A stretch of DNA of 64,000 nt from Cyanophora paradoxa CCMP329 (taxonomy: Eukaryota > Plantae > Glaucophyta): positions 62,001-126,000 of the forward strand of contig QPMI01000493.1 in assembly GCA_004431415.1 (NCBI GenBank). Direction: 5' to 3'. The notes beneath the pieces are model-generated. The model worked only from the letters and a program-made list of their open reading frames with translations, was not told the origin of the DNA and did no database searches. Below, piece by piece: positions 12,201-24,200 of the stretch. The position numbers and the translations under genes were made by a program. Position 1 is the first letter of the stretch, and each line of letters begins with the position of its first letter.

Positions 12201-15200
12201 GTGTGTAGTTCCGTTAGTTTGGGTCGCAGGGACCCGTGTTCGATTCTGCGCTCGCAGAGCAAAACGGGCACAACAGGAATGGCTGTAACTATTAACCTCT
12301 ACTCGTCAAGTAGCCGCTACTACGAGACGGTAGCTTTCAGGGACGAAAATGCGATACCCAAAGACGGGCACTGGCATCACCTCGTTTTCGTATTCACGGC
12401 CAACGAACTCCGCACGTACCGCAACGGAACCTTTTTACCACACTTGAAGACCGGACAGGCAGGAGCTGGAGCCTCGATTTCAAACATTGCCAGGACCCTC
12501 CAGTACATCGGGCGTAGCAATTGGGGAGCGCAGTCGCCATCTGACGTTTTCTACTCTGGTGCGATTTTCTATTCGTGCGCCAATTGCGATTCCATAGAAT
12601 AACTTTGCTGGCAGGGTTCCGAATCCACTCCGCGGAGCTGACGGCCGACCAAGTCATGGAAGCCTTCATGGGCAAGCAGCCGGCCGCGCCCGTCGAGCTG
12701 CACTACAAGCTCGACAGTTGCGGGAGCACGGTGCGCTCGGTTTGGGTGAGCTTAATAGGGTGCGGGCTTTGTCGGCTTATTTCTGCTTCCTCGCGCGCGC
12801 GCAGCTGGAAGGCACCCTGTCCCTCAAGGACGTGCCCGACTCGAGCGGGCGGGGCCGCTCAGGGAAGTTCGTCGGCGACATCGCCATGGCCTGTCCCCCT
12901 CCGGCCGCCGGCCTAGGTTTCTTCAGCCCCGATGTCGAAAGCGATTAGCTTTCCATTCACGCGGCCTCCAGGGCTGCGCTTCGGCACGGCTGGAGGGGCC
13001 GCGGCCCAGAGGTATCTGGACATGAGCGACTTCTTCGCGAGCCGAACTGTAGTTTGTCCTTTCTCTATTGAAGTGAGTCATTCTATTTCGGTGGCGAAAA
13101 ATCGTACTTGCATCTTTTGACGCTTTATAGTCTTGGATATATCCGAACTCAATGCCGGGTCATCCGGCCCGATGGGCCGATTTCACGCAGCCCACTCCCA
13201 TGTCGGGCGCGAGCCCACACGACTCAACGGTCCGCGCAGCTGCAGGCTTTCCGGCCCCCCGTTATGTTGAATTGACATCTCACGCAGTACTGGTTCATGT
13301 GTCCGTGCAATGTCGCGAGCTGCTCGTGCCAAGGCCGCGATGGATTCTTGGTGATGCAGAACATCCACACATCTACTGATCCCGTGCAAGGCCTCCGCGC
13401 CGCTACTGGAACGTCATACGTGCCGGTCCGAACGCTTTGCCTCCGATATATGCGTGAAACTTCAATGATAAGCAATTATGACGACCTTTCTCGGACAGCT
13501 CCAGCGCTGGACGCACCTCGTCGTCACGTACAGCGCCCCCAGCGGCGGACAGTGCACTGCCAAGGCGTACAAGAACGGCTTGCTCGTCGCTACGCAGTCT
13601 GTACGGGCTCTGGCGTCTATTCGGAGATCCATGGCGTTTGTTGGGAAGTCATTCTACCCGGTGAGACAATCTGAAAATTAATCAATTGAACAATCGCTGT
13701 GACAAACAATCGCTGATGCGCAGCAAGAGCCCTACATTCTGGACACAACCATCGGCGGTGAATATATATGCCAATATTAGCTATTCTAGCACGTGTCCGT
13801 GACGCGTGCGTGGGCACAGCTTTCCGCGTGTACAACTCTGAGCTCTCTGCGAGCCAAGTCCGTCTCGCGTACGCTAGCGCGAGCGCCCCGCTGGCCGGGC
13901 CGGCGCCCATCATCGTCGAGTACATGTTCTCTGACTGTCCGGTTCGAAAGCGAATGCGCAGAGCTTCAGGCCGTGGGATCGCTCCGCAAAGTCTCACACT
14001 CACGTGATCTCAGATAAATCGAACAGTGCTCACGACTTCCGGCGAGCTTCCTGGTGCCAAACTCGTTGGGGATGCAAGCGTAGACGTCACGTGTCGAATA
14101 ACTATTGATAAACCCACCGAGTCTATCAGTCTCCCAGCACCGTTCATCTTGTCGGCGATTTCCACGGGCCCGATGACGGTGCTCCTGACAGCGAACTTCA
14201 CTGCTGGCGTCGGGATTGCGACTCTCGACGCGGCGTGCGACGCGCCGGGCGCCCCAACGGGAGGCTACGTGGGGTCAGCTTCTGTGACCGACGCGGACGC
14301 GGCTGGCGCCGCTGTTTCCGTCTCGGTGGAGCTCTCGTACGGCGGATCGTACGTCGTTTCATGCTCCGTCAAAGCGCGAGGCCGCGCGGGTGGAGTGTCC
14401 TTGCCGTCCGCCATCTTCAACGCCACAGTCCCCCCGGTGCATGCGCTCAACAGTTCTTCGAGCCGTGCTCAATTGCTGACTGCATACATGTGCAGGGCAA
14501 CTCCATCACTGCTCAAAATGCGCTTCTTCCCTCCGCGAATACGGGCGCAAGCAACGCATTCTCTCGCGTTGGTGCTTGGCGATCGGTTGATTTCGAGACG
14601 CAAATTAATTCCTCCTGCAATTGACGAGCGAGATCTCAGGGAACGAAGTCGATCCGCAGGAGAGCGTTCGAATCGTCTTCGCCGCTCCGCTCGCGAATTA
14701 TCTCGTGGGCCAGAGGCCCGCGTCTCACCGCCTCGGATTTATCACGCGGACCACGTCGGAATACTCGTACTGCGACTTTGATCTCGACAGCAACCGATGC
14801 TCCTTCGTTCAACGGCTCGCCGATGTGCGCCCTCGAAAGATGAAGTGATCTTTCAGGCTGTGTTCTGGCGAGCTACTAATCCTTTTACTTTAGCTGCTGG
14901 GCGGTGCCGAGCCCACCGATTTCGCGTATTCGTCCATGACTCCGGTAACGACATCGCTTCGATAGGAATTTCCAATTTTGCGTGATCTTGCATCTCAGTG
15001 GCCGGCCAAGGACTGCGATGCCCGCTTCGCCCCTGCAAACCTCACGGCATTCCAGGCACGAAATTAAATTCATCGTATGAGCTATAACTTGTTGTCAAGT
15101 CCCTTATCCGCTAGCAGAGCAACTGGCCTTGGACGTCGCAAGCGTACGCAAACGCAAGCGATCTCATCGGCTCGACCGTCGCGGCCGTCTTGCGCCCTCC

Positions 15201-18200
15201 CTCCGACTGCGCTGGCTTCGGCTGCTACTCGCATGCTGCACAACGGTGGGCGACCTACGCGTTCGGTGGCTGCGCGCCGGCCCCATACGGGCCCATTCGG
15301 AGCTGGCCGGCGGGCCTGTGCTCGGGCGCCAGACCCTACGACTTTATGGGCGCAGCCGCCGCGTGGACTCACGACTTCCGCCATTTCTACGCCGCCTACG
15401 AGCGTACTTTCTACGAAGCAGTGCGTGCTCTTGATATGGCTGAGCGTGGTCTTGAAGCCTGTCTGTACGTTCGCTGAGCCCCTCTGAAGGTGTCGGGCCT
15501 CGCTTCCGCGAGCCCAACGGAAGAGTGCTCAGCGTTTTTCAATCACTGCTCAAGTGTCGCATCTTGATTCGACGCAGGTACAACTGGGCTGGAATGCTTG
15601 GGAATATGAACCTTTTCACCATTTCGGTAAGAAGCAATGGATTTTAAAAGCGTATGCATTCGTACAAATCTCAGTTGTTTAATTCTCAGCCGACGGGAAG
15701 CAATGCAAACATCACTGAGCATCGCTCTCGTCACTTCCGCCTGCAACCCGAACTCTTTGGCTTTGCGTGGGCCACTCCGGGCGCCGAGACGTCGTCTTCA
15801 GTAGCCTTCGGAAGCCACTTTTTCTATGGTGCATTCCCTTCGAATTCGGGTTTTACATTTCCTGTAAATTTGAAATCTAATACTGACTGAGAGCAGGCGC
15901 CACGAACTGCCTCGACTTCTTCGATGCCGAACCGTCCGGCCGTACGTTCGAGGGCAACGAGACTGCAAGCGACGTCAGGCGGGCGTATCCCGACATGACG
16001 TCGTTCGACGCGCTTCTCTTGCAGGAGCTGCGGGTGAGGCCTGATTCTTTCTATGCGTTAATCTTCTCGTTTTGCGCTGACTTTTACTTCAGTTCTTCCA
16101 GTTCTGGCAGCGAGGGGTTGCTTTCTTCTCTTCCTTTGCCACGCTCCGGAACAGCGGTGGACCCTCCGTCGTGCCGCTCCTCAAAGTCTGCTCGCTGCCG
16201 CTGGGCGTCGCTCTGCTCAAGTTCGACCTGGCGGCGATCGCGCCCGCCGGCTTCACCACCTCCGCCGAGTCGGTCTACAACACCGTGCCGTTCGCTTTCG
16301 ATGAATGCTCGCTCTATTACTATTCCCATCCAATCGATCGCCTGCGGCAGTTGGCCGCAAGAGAACGGCGCCTTCTTTGCCGACTCGTTCCCCGTGGGGG
16401 CCTCGGTGCAGGCAATGCACGCCGATGGGCGCATCGCCGACGGGGGACCGATCCTGTACCACGCCATCGTTCGGTGCGCCTCAATGATATGCGCATCCAC
16501 CTTGCCCCCTTCGGTATTCAACTCGCCTCAGAATTCCGTTCTTCCCCAACGCATCGGCGGCCGGCGCCTGCCCCGTTCTGCTCGTGTCGGGCATCTGCAG
16601 AGCGCGCGCTGTCGCACACGTGATCGCCATGTTCACGTGGGAAGTCGACCCGTCGCGGTTCTCCAATACACCTGTCGGCGTGCGGAGCTTCAACCCCTCC
16701 TTCCCTGCACCTCCAACGTACCGCACGGCCGTCTTCACGCACACGGCGTCGCGGGTCCTCCGCTCCGAGCAGCTCGCGCTCGCAGACCACTGGATTGTGC
16801 TCATTTGCTTGAAGCGCTTTTGTGTATGGGCATTCTTTTAACGTTGCAAGCAGGTTCAGAACGAGCGCCCGCTTCACGCCGGATACGGGCACGGGTATCT
16901 CGAGGGCCGCTGGGTCGACCCGCCCAACTCGAAGTACAGCTTCTGGGTCACCGGCGATCGCGTCACTCGCGTCCGCAAGGCGAACGCCTTCCAGAGCGGG
17001 ATGGCCAGTCCGGCAGCAAACATCGACGGCAGCATTCAGATTTACAAGACCGCGGACTGGCGCGGCACCAGGCAGGAGTGGACCTCGGTATGCATGTCAC
17101 CCTGTCGCTGAGCTTTGCAAGCTGTTATGATCAGCCAATGAGCTGAAATACACAACATCGCAGGTGGCGGCCGCTGTATACAAGGACGGCAATTTGTAGT
17201 GCGTGTTCTGCCCGCTGCCTGCTTTGTGACTCGTAAATAATCAAGGAACTTTTCGCCGCAGCGTTGTGCAGGAGGTTCACACGCAGGCGAACACGCGTGT
17301 CTTCACGTTTGCGTCGGACCGCGAGACGCGGCCGCAATACGTGCACAGTCGCCGGATGAAGCGAGACGCCGAGAGAGCCCCCGGCTCGCGGCTCGTCCGT
17401 CTTGAGAACGTGGACGCCAGTGGGCCATTCAGCAATGCGACCGTGAAAGTGACCACGATCGCGTCAACCTTTCCTGTAAGCCTGATCCGTTGTCTACGAG
17501 TTCCGCTGCCACTCTTGCTTACGGTTGCAATTGACGTGTCATTCAGGCGAACGTGCTGTACGCGACAGTTGTCGACGACTACTCCAGCGGTCGGATGTTC
17601 GAGAATGACCCAAGCGTCCCTTTTTCCGAACTTCCATGGGTACGGCCTATGAATAATGTTCAAACAACACGTCTCGAATCTTTGAAGACTGATCGGCGGC
17701 CAGGTGGTTTTCGTCGTGTCTGAGCCGGCATACCTGATCAAGCTGCACTCGCGCTGCAAACCTGGGACCAGGTGGAACTGGGAGGTGAGGGACTGGCCGC
17801 GGCATAGAGTTGGTTCAGCTTGCCTGATCCTTCGCCACAGGCTGCCCTCTTCAACCGCTCTGTCGCTATCGCCGATCTCTGCGTCGACTTGCCTGCCGGT
17901 GCCTTTCACTAAGACGGCCCCTGTCTTGCCTTGCGCTGCGACTCAGGTTTCGCTTGCTTCAGGGCGTTACTCGCCACGAGAAGGCCTCTTGCTCGACGAA
18001 GACGCCGAACTGTGCGCGCCAACTCCTGCGCTCCGACTGTGACTGGCTCGTCGGCCGCGCTCTGATTCGGGTTTCCGTGGCAGCTGCCCGAGCGGGACAT
18101 TCAGTGGGGCGGGGGCCACGGAATGCACCACGTGCAGCGCTGGAACGTCTTCGGACCTCGGCGCTTCGGCTTGCTACGGTGCTCAGTCTCCGGCTGTGCA

Positions 18201-21200
18201 TCGAACTTGCGTCCCGATTGTTGCGCTCAACCGCTCTCGGCAGACTGCCCGCAGCACACTTTCGCCATGAAAGCGGGCGACCCGTGCACGCCTTGCGCTG
18301 AGAATCTTTTCACACCCTCGGTGCGTTAGATTACAGAATGAAATCCGACTGTGGCTTTGTCTTACTGATCATATTACGATATCAGGCCAAATGGACGTTC
18401 CAGTGTGTGCCATGGTTTGTCTTTTATGTACTACTGGTCCTGTCTGTCATTCTGACTGCCATTTGTCGTTCAGCTTTCCAGGCACATATCTCCAGAGAGT
18501 GCCTCTCGCATGTGTTTCATGTCCGTCAAACAAGTACAGCATGGGCGGCGCGCTCGATTCGTGCTCGAGCTGTGCGTCTTCTCTCTCATGTGCACATCAT
18601 GAAATTGTTATCAGCGGCTTAATGTCTTCCAGGTTCGAACGGATCGTACCCCACGCCAGACTTGACCAACTGCGCGCCATGGTGAGTCGTCCCGCGAATT
18701 CATAGGTTTCGACTACTCACGGCCATACGCGTACAGCGCGGCGGGGACGCACCAGCCCGAGGAGCTCCGGCCGTGCGAGGCGTGCCCCCCAGGCACGTGG
18801 GCTGAGGCGGAGCACTTCGGCCCCTGCAACACTTGCCCGCCGGTAATCGCACTTTTCTTTACGTGATGTTCAAAGATATAATGATTAACTGGCTCATGCA
18901 CGAGCAGGGGCAAGTCACGACGGACAAGCAGGACGGATGCACGTGGTGCCGCCCAGGTTTCGGCGCTCCGCCGAACGAGACCGTCTGTTTGTCGTGCGAT
19001 GAAGGTCAGCGTCTTATATGCGCATGGAAGTCATATTGTTTAAATTGTCGGTTTTCTGGCAGACTACGCATCCCCGGATGGAAAGGGCTGCGAAAAGTGC
19101 GGCCCCGGCTACGTGTCACTGCCCGATAGAAAGGTGCTTTCCCATCTTTAGAATCAGTGTTGCCCTTATTTAACTTAAAGCTCATCGCGGTTATTTCTGC
19201 AGGCCTGTTTACCATGCCGTGGCGGCACCGCGGAATACGGGCGCGCTGGGGAGTGCCTTCCGTGCGCACAGAACGAGGTCGCCCCTTTCGAGGCGTCTTC
19301 AAACTGCACGGCGTGCCCGGACGGCACGTACGCTTCAACGGACCAGCGACTGTGCTTCGACTGCCCAGCTGGTTCGCGTGTCTTTGTTATCTGGGATCGC
19401 ATGCGTGTAATTAATTGCCTGTGCGATTCTGTCAGGCACGTACCGACATGGGGCGATGGCGAATTGCGAGGCTGTGCCCTTCCGGGCAGTCGCACTCATC
19501 GGTTCTTCCAACTACACGGCCTGCCTACCTGGCTTTGTCCCTGATGGCACGAAAGCCACATGCACGCCATGCCGAGGCGGTGAGCGAGAAACTGTTTCTT
19601 GCCTGCATTTTGTTTACGCAATGGGCTGTATGCAGGCTCATACCAGAGTGGCGATGACTGCTACCCGTGCCCGTTGAATACGATAGCTTCATCGGCTGGG
19701 ACGGTGGATTGCGCGCCGTGTGCGGCAGGCTACGTCGCCTCGGCAGACGCGCAGACCTGCGAGCCATGCCCCGTGGGGACGTGGCGGGACGCAAACATGA
19801 CCGTCTGCACCCCCGTTCCCAAGCGCTCCGCCGCCATGCAGGGGTCGTCGGCGTACACCGTGTGCGCAAGCGGGTACGTCCCGGATGGGACCAAGGCGAC
19901 CTGCGTCCCGTGCCCTGCAGGCGAGCAGACATTTACTGAGTTGTATGTGACCCACAAACGTGTCGTAATGCGTGCTACAGGCCTATTTCAACTCGAGGAC
20001 AGTTGCCTGCAGTGCCCGCTGAACTCTATCGTGAGCACCGTTGGCGCAGCACAGTGTACCCCATGCGCAGCAGGCACCGTGGCCTCTGCTGATCAACAGA
20101 CCTGCGTGCCGTGCCCATTCGGCACCTACCGCGCCGCGGACATGTCCAAGTGCACCCCCGTTCCGGCCCGCGCCGCCGCCATGCAGGGCTCCGCGGTCTA
20201 CGAAGTGTGCGGGAGCGGGAAAGTGCCATCAGCGATCCGATCAGACTGCGTTGAATGCCGCGCGGGGACCTACCAGCTGGAGGACCAGTGCCTGCCTTGC
20301 CCGCCAAACACGATCACGTCCGATCCCGGGAAGGACCAGTGCGAGACGTGCCCGGAGGGCTACGAGGCCGCGGCGGACAGGCAGAGCTGCACGCGTGCGT
20401 TGCATTTTGTACGGAGAATGAGTGCATGCTGACGGCAAGCGCGTGCAGCGTGCATGGCGGGTTACTATAGACACGCCCCAATGGTATCGTGCCAGCGGGT
20501 GCCGGTGGGGTCAGTGGCCCCAGCCGCGTCGAGGAACTATACAGTTTGTGCAAGGGGCACCGTCCCGAGCGACGACCTCGCGACGTGCCTCTCGTGTCCT
20601 CGGGGCACGTACGAGAGGGACTGGCGGTGCCGCGACTGCATTGGTGCGGGCTTGTTCGATGTCTTTTGCGCGTCATGTTTTGTGACACTTGCTCGATGTA
20701 TGCAGGCAACTCCATCGCGCCCAACTTGACGATGACAAGTTGCATTGACTGGTTTGCCTACATTAAATTTATTCTGACATGCCCTTCATGAAGATTCGAG
20801 GCTGTTACTTACGTTTCTCACGTGCACAGTGAGCCTGGAACAGTTGCGGATGCGACGCGCCAGCAGTGTACAGCATGGTTCGAACTCATTGCACACACTT
20901 CTCACGGCTGTGCATGTGCATTTACGCATCAAGTTTCCACAGCGAGCCAGGATACTACCAGCCCGACCGGAGCAGCGGCTGCGAACGATGCCCCACTACA
21001 CTCTTCTCCGAACGAAAGCAGTTCGGAGAATGCAAAGAGTGCCCAGCGGTAAGTAAGCGACCAAATGCTTCCTTGCCGATAGATATCTAGATCCGACTCC
21101 TATTATTGCTATCGAAATATAACCTGGGCCTTCTGTCGCAGGGCCAAGTTCCGAACGAAAAGCAAGACGGGTGCATGTGGTGCAGGTAAGAGGCCTTTGG

Positions 21201-24200
21201 CAAAGCTATCCGCTCATGCACCAAGAAGCATGTTTCCTCAGGCCTGGGTACGGGAGGCCTGCCAATGCGAGCATCTGTCTCGTTTGCGAGAATGGTATTC
21301 CACGATCCCATCCAGCTTTCCTAGATTTCATCTCGAGCCCCTTATCATTTGGCCGATGCGCCCTCTTATTCGCGGTGCTCGCCCCAGACCATGCGTCGCC
21401 TGACGGCACTGGCTGCAAGAGATGCGAGCCCGGATTCGTGTCGCCGCCGGACCGCCTGGTACAGTGCCCCTCCCAGAGGCCCGCTTCACTAGAATGACGT
21501 CGGAGCAGGCGTGCGTGCCTTGCCGTGGCGGGACCGCGGAGTCTCAGGGGGCGGGCGAGTGCATCCCGTGCGGACAGAACGAGGTCGCAGCGTTCGAAGG
21601 CTCAACGAATTGCACGGCCTGCATGGACGGCGAGTATGCATCAGCAGATCAGCGCTTGTGCTTCAAATGCCCCATCGGTGAGCATGCATGTTTTGCAATC
21701 GGAATGTTTACTTGAGTGTACGTGCACTTTCGTTTGTTGTTCTCTAACGCTGCAGCTGCGGTGCGATCAGGCACGTACCGGCATGGCTCAATGCCCGTCT
21801 GCACCAGTGTGCCTGCACGAGGAGTAGCCCTTGAAGGCTCTGCCAACTACACAACCTGCAATCCCGGCTTTGTTCCTGATGGAACAAAAGCTTCCTGCAT
21901 CGCCTGCCCCGCCGGTGCGCTTTTTGGATCTCTCGAGGAAACTACTGCTGACATAGACGTCCCATTGAAATCGCCTTGCACAGGATTACGACAAGCTGGC
22001 GATGAGTGCCTGCCGTGCACGATCAACCACATCGCATCAGCACCTGGATCGTTCGCCTGCATCCCTTGCAGCCCAGGCACGATCGCTTCGGCAGACGCAC
22101 AGTCCTGCGAGCCGTGCCCAACGGGAACATGGCGGAACGCAAGCATGACCGTCTGCTCCCCCGTCCCCAAGCGCGCCGCAGCCATGCAGGGGTCGTCGGC
22201 GTACACCGTGTGCGCAAGCGGGTACGTCCCGGATGGGACCAAGGCGACCTGCGTCCCGTGCCCTGCAGGCGAGATGACAGCTGTTATATTGCTTCACACG
22301 CGGAACCGCTATTGTTTACGCGTGCTGCAGGCCAGTACCAGCTCGAGGACAGCTGCCTGCAGTGCCCGCTGAACTCCATCATGAGCTTCTCAGGTGCCGC
22401 ATGGTGCTTGCCATGCGCGCCAGGCTATGCGGCATCGGCCGACCAGCAGTCCTGCGAGCCCTGCCCCTTCGGCACCTACCGCGCGGCAGAAATGTCCCAG
22501 TGCACCCCTGTTCCAGCCCGCGCCGCCGCCATGCAGGGCTCCGCGGTCTACGAAGTGTGCGGGAGCGGGAAAGTGCCATCAGCGATCCGATCAGACTGCG
22601 TTGAATGCCGCGCGGGGACCTACCAGCTGGAGGACCAGTGCCTGCCGTGCCCGCCAAACACGATCACGTCCGATCCCGGGAAGGACCAGTGCGAGACGTG
22701 CCCGGAGGGCTACGAGGCCGCGGCGGACAGGCAGAGCTGCACGCGTGCGTTGCATTTTGTACGGAGAATGAGTGCATGCTGACGGCAAGCGCGTGCAGCG
22801 TGCATGGCGGGTTACTATAGACACGCCCCAATGGTATCGTGCCAGCGGGTGCCGGTGGGGTCAGTGGCCCCAGCCGCGTCGAGGAACTATACGGTTTGTG
22901 CGAGGGGCACCGTCCCGAGCGACGACCTCGCGACGTGCCTCTCGTGTCCTCGGGGCACGTACGAGAGGGACTGGCGGTGCCGCGACTGCATCGGAAACAC
23001 GTACGCCCCTCTTCTGGGAATGATCTCCTGTCAGGAATGGTGATCCAGTTGATTGTTCGTCTCCTTTGCACTGTTAAATGTTAACGTATTTGCACAGCGA
23101 GCCCGGGTCCGTTGCGGACGAGACGCGCCAGCGGTGCACACCGTGCCCGAGCGGTACAGCAAGGCCTGCCAACGGCAGTTCCTGCATCGCGTGTACCAAA
23201 GGGTATTTCGCTAACGCGCCTGGCCGTGCCAAATGCGATCTATGGTTCGCGTGTACACCCGCACTTCCGCTACGCCTTTCGCATACAGCAATATGTTGAA
23301 CTCGTATCGCAGCCCTCCGGGCACCCAGTCCGCCGACGATCGCGTGACCTGCGTTCCGTGCCCCGCTGGATATATGGAGGTCAACGGCACGCGGACCTGC
23401 CGGCTCTGCGAGGAGGGAACAGTCGCAGAGGAGCGAGGCCTTGTGACGTGCACGGCATGTGGTCCTGGCGAGATCTCCAACGCCGACCGGTAAGCGGAGA
23501 TCGCTCGCTTACTAATCTCGTTTGCGACTGGCCGCCTCCCAATTGTTTGCAACCAACGTGCCCGCCTGCAGCACGCGCTGCAATCCGTGCCAAGCAGGCA
23601 CGTTCAAGCCTCGGAACATGAACATCTGCCTGCCGTGCCGGATCGGGACCTGGGCGCCAGTGGGCTCGCAGGCGTGTCGGCTCTGCCAGCCCGGCTCGTA
23701 CGCCTCAGAAGATTCCAGCGAGTGCATTCCGTGCACGCCGGGCACATTCATGCCGGAGGGCACGCAGACCTGCCTCCGAGTGCGCAGTGCTCTCGTTCTA
23801 ATTTTCCAGTGGCATAAACTTATCATGGCTTGGCGTGCTCCAGTGTCCCGAGACCTTCATCGCGCCCGATCCAGGAACGGCATTCGAGTGTAGCCCGTGC
23901 GGTGCGGGGTACACTTCGTCGGCGAACCGCCGCGTCTGCGAGCCCTGCGCGCTGGTGCGACCTCAAAAGTGTTCAGTGTGCGGGGCTGCGAAAGTAACAT
24001 TGTACTTCGTTCGCAGGGATTCTACAGGCCGCTAGACAGCAACAGCACTGGGTGCATTCCCTGTGGCCCTGGAACCGTCTCGCGGGCCCCAGGCAACGGC
24101 GAGTGCGAGCAGTGGTACGTCTCATTGAAGTCTCTACAATCGTCAGAAGCTTTCTATGAGACCACCTCGATTTCGCTCACATTGGGAGCAGTCCGTCGGG

